Assembly (NCBI GenBank): GCA_013360215.1
Contig: JABWCP010000001.1
Coordinates: 24,193 to 88,192, forward strand
Source of the DNA: a bacterium
GTDB lineage: Bacteria > CLD3 > SB21
Length of the DNA: 64,000 nt
Direction of reading: 5' to 3'
Made by a program: the position numbers and the translations under genes. The notes beneath the pieces were generated by a model. That model was not told the origin of the DNA. It saw nothing but the letters and a program-made list of their open reading frames with translations, and made no database searches. How positions within the stretch are numbered: the first letter of the stretch is position 1; each line of letters opens with the position of its first letter. Below are positions 9,430 to 18,315 of this stretch, one piece after another.

Positions 9430-9830
9430 AAGAAATCAAATTATTTTCGTTACTCGTTTTTGTAATGATTTTGTTATCGGCATGCGGCGAATTGAAAGAG
9501 GAATCTCAGCCGACGTTATTAGTACCGACAGATGTGCAGTCTATATTTAATGATCAATGCGTCGGTTGCCACTCCGGCTCTTCCCCTGCGGGATCGCTTA
9601 ACTTGTCCGTGGGTAATGCATATACCCAATTGATCAATGTCACAAGTACTATCGAACCGACATTAAAGCGCGTCGTACCGTCGGATACTGCAAATAGCTA
9701 TCTTGTGGATAAAATTATGGGTACACAAACAGTTGGAGAACGTATGCCGGATGGTGGGCCTTATTTGTCGGCAGCTCAAATGAACATTATCAAATTGTGG
9801 ATTCAAACCGGTGCGGAGGCCAGACCTTAA
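9423..9830 (+). CDS. Lipoprotein with a mono-heme cytochrome-c domain (PSCyt1-like), paralogous to the N-terminus of the upstream gene
   Basis: Lipobox LLSAC. CVGCHSG...SLNLS...AAQMNIIKLWIQTGAEA aligns position by position with the upstream cytochrome domain. Overlaps the upstream gene by 7 nt. Confidence 0.55.
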   Translation: MVKEIKLFSLLVFVMILLSACGELKEESQPTLLVPTDVQSIFNDQCVGCHSGSSPAGSLNLSVGNAYTQLINVTSTIEPTLKRVVPSDTANSYLVDKIMGTQTVGERMPDGGPYLSAAQMNIIKLWIQTGAEARP

Positions 9831-9875
9831 AATGCTTCCGTCGGCTGTAAGCGAAAAATAAAAAAATAATTCTGC

Positions 9876-11540
9876 TTATTTCATTAGAACTGTTACCACA
9901 GTCCAATATTTGACCGGCACACCACCGGACAAACCCTGTTCGAATAGCCATTGCTTCACAGCGGCGATCGCGGCGTCATTGATCATCTGATCCCAGTCTT
10001 TGTTACCAATGCGTTTGGAAACGTAAATTTCTTCAGGCTTTCCATCTGTTCCAACAAGTACACGCATCGAAACAGTGCCATTCAGCTTAGCCTTTTTAGC
10101 AAGATCAGGCATGACGGGGCTGACTTTTTGAAGAGCTTTAGGATTATTATCTAACTCATTGGCCATCTTTGTGGGCACAAAGACCGGTGCCGCAGGCTTA
10201 GATTCTACTGGCTTAGGCGCAGTTCCTGCGGAAGCGGCATTAGTCGTGGACGCATCCGGAGTAGTGGTCGTTATGGTTGCAGCGGCTTCTTTGTTTACGG
10301 TCACGACAGGCTGTTTTACGGTAGCCGCTGCCGCCGTTTTCTTTTGATCTTCTTCTTGTTGCTTTTGCAATGCAAGACGGCGTTCTTGCTCAATACGAAT
10401 TTGCTCCTGCTGTTTGAGCTGTTCTTCAAGTAAAGCTAAACGCTCTTTTTCCTTACGTGCATCTTCGGCTCGTTTTTGCCGCTCCGATTCGGTTAACCCT
10501 GCCCCGCCGGCTTTATCTGTAGGTTTTGCCTGAGCCAATTGTCTTTTTAAATCTTCGATTTCTTTGCGACGTTTTTCTTGCTCTGCTTTAGTATCCGTCG
10601 GTGCATCGGCCGCGATATTTTTAAACTCCAGATAAGATATGTTACCCGTGCTGTACACCGGCGTAAATACGACGAGACCGAATTTGTTATTCTCATCATC
10701 ATCATGGATAAAGCGATCGGCGTTAAAATTATCACCCCAGTCGTTACGTTGTGCGTAAACGACATTTTTGGTATGATTGTATAGATTAAACTCCAGATTA
10801 TTATAAATAGCATTTTTCCCGCTATTTTCGCCGAGCCGTGTATCGCCGATCAGCGGTTTAGAGACGTCCTGCACTAAAACACCATAACGATTGCCCGTGA
10901 TTTCATTGGCATTGATACTTGGCGATGAATTTATTTTGGCGTTAATACCGGCGTAACCGTTATTCTGTATCTGATTGTTGTTAATTTTAGGTGTGGACAT
11001 AATATCGCAAAGGATACCATTCCAATAATTTCCTTCGATACGATTACGAAATATACGCGGCGCGGAGTTGATACAGGTGATACCGTCGTAGGCAAACTCT
11101 ATCACACAGTTCGATAAAATACTGCGGTCTTCACCCCGACGAAATATCAAACCGTACCAGTCGCCCGCCTGAGGTTGAAGTGTGCTTCCCTTCTCACCCG
11201 GATCGGTGAAATTACTGGAGGTAAACCGTATTTGAAATTTTTCCTGACCTTCGGCGCGTAAAATGCCTTCCACAATCAGTTCAGACTTTGCAACGTCAAT
11301 TCCTCCGGCTTCATCATCCTGGTTCGCCATAAATCGGATCAAGGTATTGGGGCGTATGCGCACAGTAATACCCTCCGGTATCGTGACGTCTCCGGTAACG
11401 GTAATCACGCCTTCCCATGTTTCGTCTTTTCGAATGACGCCGGATTTGTCCGCAGCCCACACTGAAAAACTGTTCACCAGTACAATCGTGAGCAGTATCC
11501 GCAGCCTGCACCTATGGAATTTAAAGAAATTATACGCCAT
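9876..11540 (-). CDS. Secreted right-handed beta-helix repeat protein with a coiled-coil and low-complexity linker and a TonB C-terminal domain
   Basis: Signal peptide MAYNFFKFHRCRLRILLTIVLVNSFSVWA, then parallel beta-helix (NosD/CASH-like) repeats, then an E/K/Q/R-rich coiled coil and a T/A/P-rich linker. The C-terminus VMPDLAKKAKLNGTVSMRVLVGTDGKPEEIYV...AVKQW matches the TonB_C consensus. The ORF-track start at 11582 is GTG. ATG at 11540. Confidence 0.6.
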   Translation of the reverse strand: MAYNFFKFHRCRLRILLTIVLVNSFSVWAADKSGVIRKDETWEGVITVTGDVTIPEGITVRIRPNTLIRFMANQDDEAGGIDVAKSELIVEGILRAEGQEKFQIRFTSSNFTDPGEKGSTLQPQAGDWYGLIFRRGEDRSILSNCVIEFAYDGITCINSAPRIFRNRIEGNYWNGILCDIMSTPKINNNQIQNNGYAGINAKINSSPSINANEITGNRYGVLVQDVSKPLIGDTRLGENSGKNAIYNNLEFNLYNHTKNVVYAQRNDWGDNFNADRFIHDDDENNKFGLVVFTPVYSTGNISYLEFKNIAADAPTDTKAEQEKRRKEIEDLKRQLAQAKPTDKAGGAGLTESERQKRAEDARKEKERLALLEEQLKQQEQIRIEQERRLALQKQQEEDQKKTAAAATVKQPVVTVNKEAAATITTTTPDASTTNAASAGTAPKPVESKPAAPVFVPTKMANELDNNPKALQKVSPVMPDLAKKAKLNGTVSMRVLVGTDGKPEEIYVSKRIGNKDWDQMINDAAIAAVKQWLFEQGLSGGVPVKYWTVVTVLMK

Positions 11541-14500
11541 GCTGGGTTGCCTCAAACATTTCATCCAATAATTGGGGTCCACTCTTGAGCAAATTTTTCA
11601 AAATCGCATCTTTTTCGATCGGTACATCATCAAAAGCTTTTACCGGTTTTTTGACCGTTTTTACCTTGGTTTCCGTTTTCTTTTCTGAAATTACTTTTTC
11701 ATTCGGAGTCACCGCTTTTTCCGGTACTTTATCTAACTTAATCTCTTGGGTAAGCTCAGCTTTGATACGCGCACGGACGTCCTCGTCATTGACGGGTTTG
11801 ATATCGGTGGCTTCAGGTGCTTTTTGTTCATAACTCTGAAGTTTTCCCACGACATCGTCCACATCAACATCCGTACCGGCCGTAAGCTGTTTTAGGCGTT
11901 CAATACTCGTCTCGTAAAGGTCAATCAGTTCCGATGTGACGCGTAATTCGCCCTCATTCATTTTTTCGGCGACCGTTTCCATCGGTTTGACAAGGTTACT
12001 TATCTTTTGGAAGCCCAGCATTTTCGCCGAACTGCGAAGGCTATGCGCCGCTTTTTCGATGTCGCGCATGGATTGCCGATGCGTCATATTATTTCGCAGC
12101 GTACTTAGCGCGGCCCCGATAAGCTTGAAATAGGTGGATACTTCCTCTTTAAAAATATCGACGATCTCTTCATCAATTCCGAGTTTCGAAAAATAATTTT
12201 CTTTGGGAGCAGGTTGAGAAACCTCGGCCGGTTTTACGGGTTCGATAACGGGTTCGGGTTTCTTCTCCGGCACTTTAGTTTCAATGCCTTTATGTTTGGC
12301 TAATGATGCGCTGCCGGGAATGGCGCCTGTAAAAGTACCTGAGGCATTAAGCGAATTTTCCAGTTCAAACAACTGCTGCACCACCTGCGTTACATCCGCC
12401 GCTTTTCGGGCCGCAATCGAACGCAGAGCTGTAGTAATGGACTCCAGTAACGTGACTATCGTCGCATCAACTGATATTTCTTTTTCAACGCACCGTTCCG
12501 TGATGAGTTCTACGGCCGCCGACAAACCGCTGATACGTTCAAATCCAAGCATACGCGCCGAGCTCTTGAGACTATGGCTGGTGCGCTCCAGATCGCGAAT
12601 AGCCACGTCGTCAACTAAAGATTGCTTCAGGCGGGCGAACGCCGTATCAAATTTTTTGAAATATTCGGCGGCCTCTTGATTAAAAATATCCAAAATTTCA
12701 GGATCCACCGTATCAAAAGCTGATTCTTCCAACATCAGTTTTCCTTCGACAACCGATGATTCGACTTTTTCAGTTTTCAGCGGCGGTACTACCGTCATTG
12801 TCTTGAGCGCTTCCTTGACCGATGTCTTTTCGGGAACGGGCTTTACCTGCTCTTTGGGAAGTTCGCTTCTTTTTTTCTTGACCGTACGGCGACCGCCCGT
12901 GATGATATCTTTGGGTTCCGTATTAAGGCGTTCGGCAAAAGAAGGGATACGTAACCCATTCAATTCATCATCGGCATCACCGGCTGCCATCATAGCTAAT
13001 AAGGCTTTGGGAACTTCGATTTCTATCGTTTTAGTGTCATCCGTGACCGGCGAAGCGAGTATGGACTGACGATCATCTGCTTTTTTATCAGAGGCTGCTT
13101 TTTTTATCTCTTCCGCCGGTTTTACATCGATCTTGTTTTGTACAACGGTTTCAGCGACAAATTTAGGTTTATCTTCAACAGCCGGCAAAATAGTCTTCGT
13201 AGGTATTACACTTTGTGTACGCGTTTCTTCTTCGATTTGTAAAGTCGAATCCTTGGTATCTTTTTCAATGGGTTCAACTTTTTCCGCTTTGATATGTTGC
13301 GCAATCGGAGAATCGTTAAATTTTGCAACGACCGACTGAAATCCCTCAAGCCAGTCCGTGTTTTGTGCTACTACGGACTTCGGATCGGATATCGGTTTTG
13401 AAGACTCTTTGGGAGTTTTTATTTCCGTTTTTATAACTTCTGGCGCAACTACTTTTGTATGCTCAGATGGTGCGGCGCTTATCTCAGTCGGTTTAGCGGG
13501 TGTTACAAATGCCGTGGCTTGTTTATAATCCGAAAAACGAACCGATTGATCACTGAGCCATCGCCATTCATCGGACTGAATCGTTTGCCCGTTGACTAAA
13601 ATTTCGATACTGCGCGTCGATCGCGTCACAAGGGTGATCAATTCCGCAACGACAGGGCTTTGCGAGTAAACTACTTGTTTGAAAATCTGGAAGACCGCGT
13701 CACAATGGCCGTGCAGTAAATTGATTTTTAATAACCGCGTATTGGTCGACAGGGCACGATATACCTGCAAAAGATCTTTGATTGCTTCGGTGTCATGCGT
13801 AGCTTTTTTAAGACGGGCTAACGCCGACTGCGCCAATTCTAAATTAAACCGCACATCTTCGGCAAATACATTCCAGTCATCGTCTTGTATCGCAACACGA
13901 TCAATAGCGATTTCATTTTCAGAAACAGACTGTGCACTTGAACTTGACACCTGAACCGGCAATTCTGCAGGTTTTTCCAAATTAAATGAACCGGTAAACC
14001 GTTGCTGTAGCCGCAAAATTTCTGCAGGTGCTAGCGATTTTAAATCTGATTTATTGTTTTCGACCTGTTGAATTAAATCGTGCAACACGGCTAAGGCCTC
14101 TGGGTTCAGAGGTTTGTGATTATTATCCGCAATCGCATTCAGCGTTTCTTCGATCCGCTGGGTCGCCTCGGACAATGGCATTGCATTTTGTGTGGCGGCC
14201 TCCGCTCTGAGTTGCGACAAACCATCAGCCATGCTTATCAGAAATCGAGGCCGTGTCAGATTATCCCGCAACGTCTCCCATGCACTATTCAATCGGTCCG
14301 TAGAAAAAACCGACCGGACAGCATTTATGTTTCCTTTCGGCTCATTTTTTTCGGTTGATTGAACAGTTTGTGCAACCGATTTTTCAGGTTGTTTTTTTGT
14401 ACGCCGTGACAGGAATCCGATCATATCACCCACATGATCAAACGCTTCGGATTGCGTTATAGGCGCAACTTCCAGTAGCGAAGATTGCGGTGATGCGGAC

Positions 14501-15075
14501 GTCACCGATGTTTTTTCATGGGTAGGCTCTACACGGGAGGTATCGCGAGAAAAAGAGGGATCGTTTTTAACCACAGGTGAAGCAGTGGGTTCTGCTTTTA
14601 CGTCAGCGGAGATCGGTTTTACCTCATCCTTGGGCGTCCCTTCCGTTGGAGACGGCGTATCTTCTTGCTTGATATACGTTTTTCGTAAGGCCGGCAAATC
14701 GAGCGAAAAACCGATGGTTTGTAAATCGCTATTGAGTTGATCTTGTGAACCGGGTGTTTCTAAAATCTTTTGAAACATCTGAATGATCCGCTCGGAATCA
14801 TTTTCGAGCGTCGTGATCATCTGGCTCATCTTGTAGCCGGACTTTTCTAATTTCTCCAGGTTACTACGCAAAAACGTGGCAACCGGATGGAGCGATGCCA
14901 CGTTGAGAAAAGATTCAACCTGGCGAACCGGCTCTTGCGCTTGTCCGATGGATACGATTATTTTTTTGGTAATACTGAATTCAAGTGGTGCAAAACGATG
15001 TTCGGAAACACTTTTGACATGATTCAGTAATTCCGAAAGATAAAATTCTACGATTTTTCGCGATTTATTGTCCAA
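11530..15075 (-). CDS. Large multi-HPt (histidine phosphotransfer) scaffold protein, ChpA/FimL-like, with no kinase domain
   Basis: Two canonical HPt boxes, LERTSHSLKSSARMLGFERISGL and IEKAAHSLRSSAKMLGFQKISNL, plus an upstream degenerate HPt-like region (YRALSTNTRLLKI, His lost) and long S/T/P/E/K-rich disordered segments. No HisKA or HATPase domains. Annotated start is TTG. Confidence 0.6.
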   Translation of the reverse strand: MDNKSRKIVEFYLSELLNHVKSVSEHRFAPLEFSITKKIIVSIGQAQEPVRQVESFLNVASLHPVATFLRSNLEKLEKSGYKMSQMITTLENDSERIIQMFQKILETPGSQDQLNSDLQTIGFSLDLPALRKTYIKQEDTPSPTEGTPKDEVKPISADVKAEPTASPVVKNDPSFSRDTSRVEPTHEKTSVTSASPQSSLLEVAPITQSEAFDHVGDMIGFLSRRTKKQPEKSVAQTVQSTEKNEPKGNINAVRSVFSTDRLNSAWETLRDNLTRPRFLISMADGLSQLRAEAATQNAMPLSEATQRIEETLNAIADNNHKPLNPEALAVLHDLIQQVENNKSDLKSLAPAEILRLQQRFTGSFNLEKPAELPVQVSSSSAQSVSENEIAIDRVAIQDDDWNVFAEDVRFNLELAQSALARLKKATHDTEAIKDLLQVYRALSTNTRLLKINLLHGHCDAVFQIFKQVVYSQSPVVAELITLVTRSTRSIEILVNGQTIQSDEWRWLSDQSVRFSDYKQATAFVTPAKPTEISAAPSEHTKVVAPEVIKTEIKTPKESSKPISDPKSVVAQNTDWLEGFQSVVAKFNDSPIAQHIKAEKVEPIEKDTKDSTLQIEEETRTQSVIPTKTILPAVEDKPKFVAETVVQNKIDVKPAEEIKKAASDKKADDRQSILASPVTDDTKTIEIEVPKALLAMMAAGDADDELNGLRIPSFAERLNTEPKDIITGGRRTVKKKRSELPKEQVKPVPEKTSVKEALKTMTVVPPLKTEKVESSVVEGKLMLEESAFDTVDPEILDIFNQEAAEYFKKFDTAFARLKQSLVDDVAIRDLERTSHSLKSSARMLGFERISGLSAAVELITERCVEKEISVDATIVTLLESITTALRSIAARKAADVTQVVQQLFELENSLNASGTFTGAIPGSASLAKHKGIETKVPEKKPEPVIEPVKPAEVSQPAPKENYFSKLGIDEEIVDIFKEEVSTYFKLIGAALSTLRNNMTHRQSMRDIEKAAHSLRSSAKMLGFQKISNLVKPMETVAEKMNEGELRVTSELIDLYETSIERLKQLTAGTDVDVDDVVGKLQSYEQKAPEATDIKPVNDEDVRARIKAELTQEIKLDKVPEKAVTPNEKVISEKKTETKVKTVKKPVKAFDDVPIEKDAILKNLLKSGPQLLDEMFEATQHGV

Positions 15076-15091
15076 TGTGTATCATCCATAC

Positions 15092-15122
15092 AAAAAAACC
15101 CTAAAACACGTTTAGGGTTTTT
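15092..15122. terminator. Bidirectional hairpin/terminator between the response-regulator gene and the multi-HPt gene
   Basis: ccctaaa / tttaggg stem, flanked by A7 upstream and T5 downstream. It sits 17 nt before the multi-HPt start. Confidence 0.45.
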
Positions 15123-15146
15123 ACGATTTACGCGATGCTATGGCGT

Positions 15147-16001
15147 TTATTTACCGAGATATTCGTGTACTTTGGCAAGCAAGTCTTCATCATGGAACGG
15201 CTTATTGAGGAAATCCGTCGCGCCGTTGCTGATCGCAGCGTCTTTGTCTTGTGGACTGTCTTTACCGCTCAACACGACGATCGGCACCGTGGCAAAATAT
15301 CCGCCTGATTCACGCAACGCTTTCATCACTTCAACACCGGTCATATCAGGCAACATCATATCCAGAAGAATCAGACTGGGCTGCATCTCTTTAGCTTTGT
15401 TGATCGCATCTTCGCCTTTCATGGCCGACGTCAGATTGTAATTATCATTCTCCAACGCGATCTCAACCATTTTTTGAATCACGATACTGTCATCCACGAC
15501 AAGTATCTTTCGACCGCCGGCCGACGCAGAAGCGGCCGGAGCTACCGGTTTGGGCGCCGCTTTTTCTACTTTGGGTTCCGGTTTGGGTTCGACCTTAGGC
15601 GAATCCATTGAACCCAAAATGTCGGTTTCTTCTTTTTTAGGCACAGGCTTGGGTTCCGGTGCTTTTTCAATTTTCGGCTCCGGTTTCGGTTCTGCTTTAG
15701 GTTCCGGCTTCGGTTCCGCTTTCGCTTTAGGCACTTCTTCTTTGACGGCTTTCTTCGACGGCGCTTTCTCTTTCGCCGGTTTAGCCGCCGGAGCAGGAGC
15801 ACCGCCGGATATCAATTTTTCAGCAGATAGTTTTTGTAAAATTTCTTCGACCAACGTTGCATCGCGATCCAGTTTTTCTGCGATATCGGCCACATTGCGT
15901 TTACCGTCAACAGAAAACAAAACACGCCATTCAATTTTTTTCAACAGAATGGTTTCAACTTTTTCTCGTAAGTCTTTTACTCTGGAGTAAACTGCGTCCA
16001 C
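15147..16001 (-). CDS. Response regulator: N-terminal wHTH-like domain, Pro/Lys/Glu-repeat linker, C-terminal receiver (REC) domain
   Basis: C-terminal REC: KILVVDDSIVIQKMVE...LILLDMMLPDMTGVEV...TVPIVVLSGK. The linker carries AEPKPEPK tandem repeats. GTG start. Confidence 0.7.
   Translation of the reverse strand: MDAVYSRVKDLREKVETILLKKIEWRVLFSVDGKRNVADIAEKLDRDATLVEEILQKLSAEKLISGGAPAPAAKPAKEKAPSKKAVKEEVPKAKAEPKPEPKAEPKPEPKIEKAPEPKPVPKKEETDILGSMDSPKVEPKPEPKVEKAAPKPVAPAASASAGGRKILVVDDSIVIQKMVEIALENDNYNLTSAMKGEDAINKAKEMQPSLILLDMMLPDMTGVEVMKALRESGGYFATVPIVVLSGKDSPQDKDAAISNGATDFLNKPFHDEDLLAKVHEYLGK
15560..15800. repeat. Short tandem nucleotide repeat encoding (E/A/V)PKP(E) units in the response-regulator linker
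   Basis: Reiterated units such as aaaccggagccgaaa and gaaccgaaaccggag. The mirror-frame + strand ORF (GSGLGS-rich) is a translation artefact of the same repeat. Confidence 0.4.
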
Positions 16002-16100
16002 AATATACCTCGCCGCTTTATGATGATGAACCTGTGAGTATTCAAATCGTGTTAATAACTTTGTAAATCTAATAAAGATAAATCATTATGTCAATAAGTT

Positions 16101-16976
16101 TCAATGCCTTTTCTCTCGTTTTCTGAAAAAAGAAATCAGCGCTTCGGCATAATCACTACCCGTAAAAATATTGATCAGATCAACGCGACTGCGTTTGAAA
16201 ATTTCCTTCAATCTGTTTTCTTCGGCATCAACGCGCTGACGTAATATCGCATGGAACTGTTGATCCGCTGTGTCGATATCAATCAACGCTCCGGTCTCTT
16301 CGTCTTCCAGTGTCACCAGGCCGACCTGAGGCCAATTGTGCTCGCGCTGATCGGCGACCCGAAGACCGATCACGTCGTGCTTTTTAGCTAAGGTACGCAA
16401 GGAGGTATCAAAGCCCTGATCGAGAAAATCGCTGATTACAAAAACGATACTGCGGCGTTTGAGAATGTGCGATGTCAACTCCAGCGGAGCCGCAATGCGT
16501 GTACCGCGTGCTTTAGGCGCAAACGCGATCAGCTCGCGGATCAGACGCAACACATGAGAACGGCCTTTTTTCGGCGGAATAAATTTTTCAACTTCTTCCG
16601 TATAAATCATTAAGCCAACTTTATCATTATTTTTGATCGCGCTAAATGCCACTACCGCCGCCATTTCGATCATCAGTTCCCTTTTGGTCTGCTTATTCGT
16701 ACCAAAATCCCCTGATGCGCTGGCGTCAAAAATGATCATTAGCGTCTGCTCACGCTCTTCTTCAAATATTTTGAGGTAAGGTTTATCCAACCGCGCCGAG
16801 ACATTCCAATCGATAAAACGGATTTCATCGCCGAACTGATATTCGCGCACTTCTGAAAAAGACATTCCGCGCCCTTTGAAAACCGAATGGTATTCACCAC
16901 TAAAAACATTATTGACCAATCCGCGTGTTTTAATTTCGATACGCCGCACATTGCGGAGTAATTCTTTAGTTTCCAT
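16101..16976 (-). CDS. DUF58 family (vWA-like, normally MoxR-associated) protein
   Basis: DUF58 hallmarks FSGEYHSVFKGRGMSFSEVREYQFGDEIRFIDW and LMIIFDASASGDFG...IVFVISDF. Confidence 0.7.
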   Translation of the reverse strand: METKELLRNVRRIEIKTRGLVNNVFSGEYHSVFKGRGMSFSEVREYQFGDEIRFIDWNVSARLDKPYLKIFEEEREQTLMIIFDASASGDFGTNKQTKRELMIEMAAVVAFSAIKNNDKVGLMIYTEEVEKFIPPKKGRSHVLRLIRELIAFAPKARGTRIAAPLELTSHILKRRSIVFVISDFLDQGFDTSLRTLAKKHDVIGLRVADQREHNWPQVGLVTLEDEETGALIDIDTADQQFHAILRQRVDAEENRLKEIFKRSRVDLINIFTGSDYAEALISFFRKREKRH

Positions 16977-17017
16977 AAAATCCGCTTAGCTATGATTAAA
17001 TGCGTAATACGTTTGTA

Positions 17018-17671
17018 TCATACTACAAGCTCTTTGATCTGAATTATCTGATCAATATAAAAATCCGCACCTTCCGGTGCAACGGTATGAAATCCATAAC
17101 GAACGGCGCATGTATAAATCCTTGCGCGACGCCCCGCTTCGATATCTTGCGGACCATCGCCGATGATCATTGCCCGATCGGGATGTACGCCGGTTTTTTC
17201 TAAGATGGCTTGAATAGCCTGCGGATGCGGTTTCTTATTTGCAAACGAATCCCCGCCATATACCTCTTCAAAATACCGGGACAATCCAAGGCCATGAATA
17301 ATTTTCCGAGTAAACACTTCCGCTTTATTACTAATCACAAACTTACGACAGTGATTAAAATGAGTCAATACATCAAGGACTCCGTCGTACGTGCGAACAA
17401 AATCAAGACAATGCTCGTCGTGGTGCGCCCGATAAATGGATACGGCCGTCATCAACCGATCGTTATCCGGTTTCTCAAATTCAGATAAGGCACGCACAAG
17501 TAAGGTTTGCATGCCGTCACCGACAAAGCGACGCAGTTTTTCTTTAGGTAATGCGCTATATCCCAACGTTGTTAATGTATGATTGACAGACGCGCCGATA
17601 TCATCGAGTGAATCCACTAACGTCCCATCCAAATCAAAAAACATCACTTCGATTTTTATCACGCGATCCAT
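17018..17671 (-). CDS. HAD-superfamily hydrolase (phosphoglycolate phosphatase-like)
   Basis: HAD motif I FFDLDGTLVDS, motif II VISNK and motif IV IIGDGPQDIEAG. Confidence 0.7.
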   Translation of the reverse strand: MDRVIKIEVMFFDLDGTLVDSLDDIGASVNHTLTTLGYSALPKEKLRRFVGDGMQTLLVRALSEFEKPDNDRLMTAVSIYRAHHDEHCLDFVRTYDGVLDVLTHFNHCRKFVISNKAEVFTRKIIHGLGLSRYFEEVYGGDSFANKKPHPQAIQAILEKTGVHPDRAMIIGDGPQDIEAGRRARIYTCAVRYGFHTVAPEGADFYIDQIIQIKELVV

Positions 17672-18315
17672 CCTTTATACGACACGTACCGCCAACCCAA
17701 TATAAAACCAGACACGATCAATACCCAACCGGTGATTACGGCTATACGTCGGATCGTCGTTTCCTTCATCGTCTGACGGCGTACGGCAACCCACTCGGCA
17801 AGAAGAAAAAACCACGCAGTCGTGCCGATGGCCATACCGGCAACAAATGCCATTTGAGACTGAAAGGACGTGTGTAAAAATTGATAGGCGTACATAAAAC
17901 CCGCAGCCGCAATCCAAAAGCCGATAGCCAGCGGATTGCATAAATACATTATGCATCCATTAATAAAATTTTTCATCAATAGTCCGGCTGAAAACTCGGT
18001 ACGTTCGTGATATGCGATGCCGTTATGACGTGTGATGATCAGACGATATCCCAAAAAAACGAGCACCGGCATGCCGGCCGGCTGTAACACATCGGCCAAT
18101 GATTGTTGTAAAGCAGACATACCGAAAACACCAATGACGCAATAACCGATATCCACAACCAGTGCGCCCAAGCCGATCATCATGGCCGGCTGAAAGCCGC
18201 GGCGAAAACTTTGATCTACGATAGTCATATTGATCGGACCGAATGGAATGGAATTGATAAAACCAATACCTAAGCCCCACAAACTCGCCGTGATTATATT
18301 TTCCATCGTCATCAT
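17659..18315 (-). CDS. LysE/RhtB family amino-acid exporter
   Basis: Six-TM profile with an N-terminal GxxxPGP-type segment (SIPFGPINMTIV). The ORF-track start at 18339 is TTG. ATG 18315 forms an ATGA overlap with the ribD stop. Confidence 0.65.
   Translation of the reverse strand: MMTMENIITASLWGLGIGFINSIPFGPINMTIVDQSFRRGFQPAMMIGLGALVVDIGYCVIGVFGMSALQQSLADVLQPAGMPVLVFLGYRLIITRHNGIAYHERTEFSAGLLMKNFINGCIMYLCNPLAIGFWIAAAGFMYAYQFLHTSFQSQMAFVAGMAIGTTAWFFLLAEWVAVRRQTMKETTIRRIAVITGWVLIVSGFILGWRYVSYKGWIA

Noticed and set aside
10159-10347. Numerous 60-120 aa ORFs antisense to or nested inside large genes (for example 10159-10347 +, 12284-12679 +, 22767-23132 +, 58037-58249 -)
   Set aside because: They overlap well-supported longer CDSs, lack recognisable motifs and show biased low-complexity composition typical of out-of-frame translation.
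15550-15990. Plus-strand ORF (146 aa, GSGLGS-rich) antisense to the response-regulator gene
   Set aside because: It is a low-complexity mirror translation of the Pro/Lys repeat DNA, with no start context and no domain. It is an artefact of the repeat.
15147-16001. DUF4388 domain in the N-terminus of the response regulator at 15147-16001
   Set aside because: Compared with the genuine DUF4388 in the 56435-57526 protein, the N-terminus (EWRVLFSVDGKRNVADIAEKL) does not share the pattern. It is better described as a generic wHTH-like domain.
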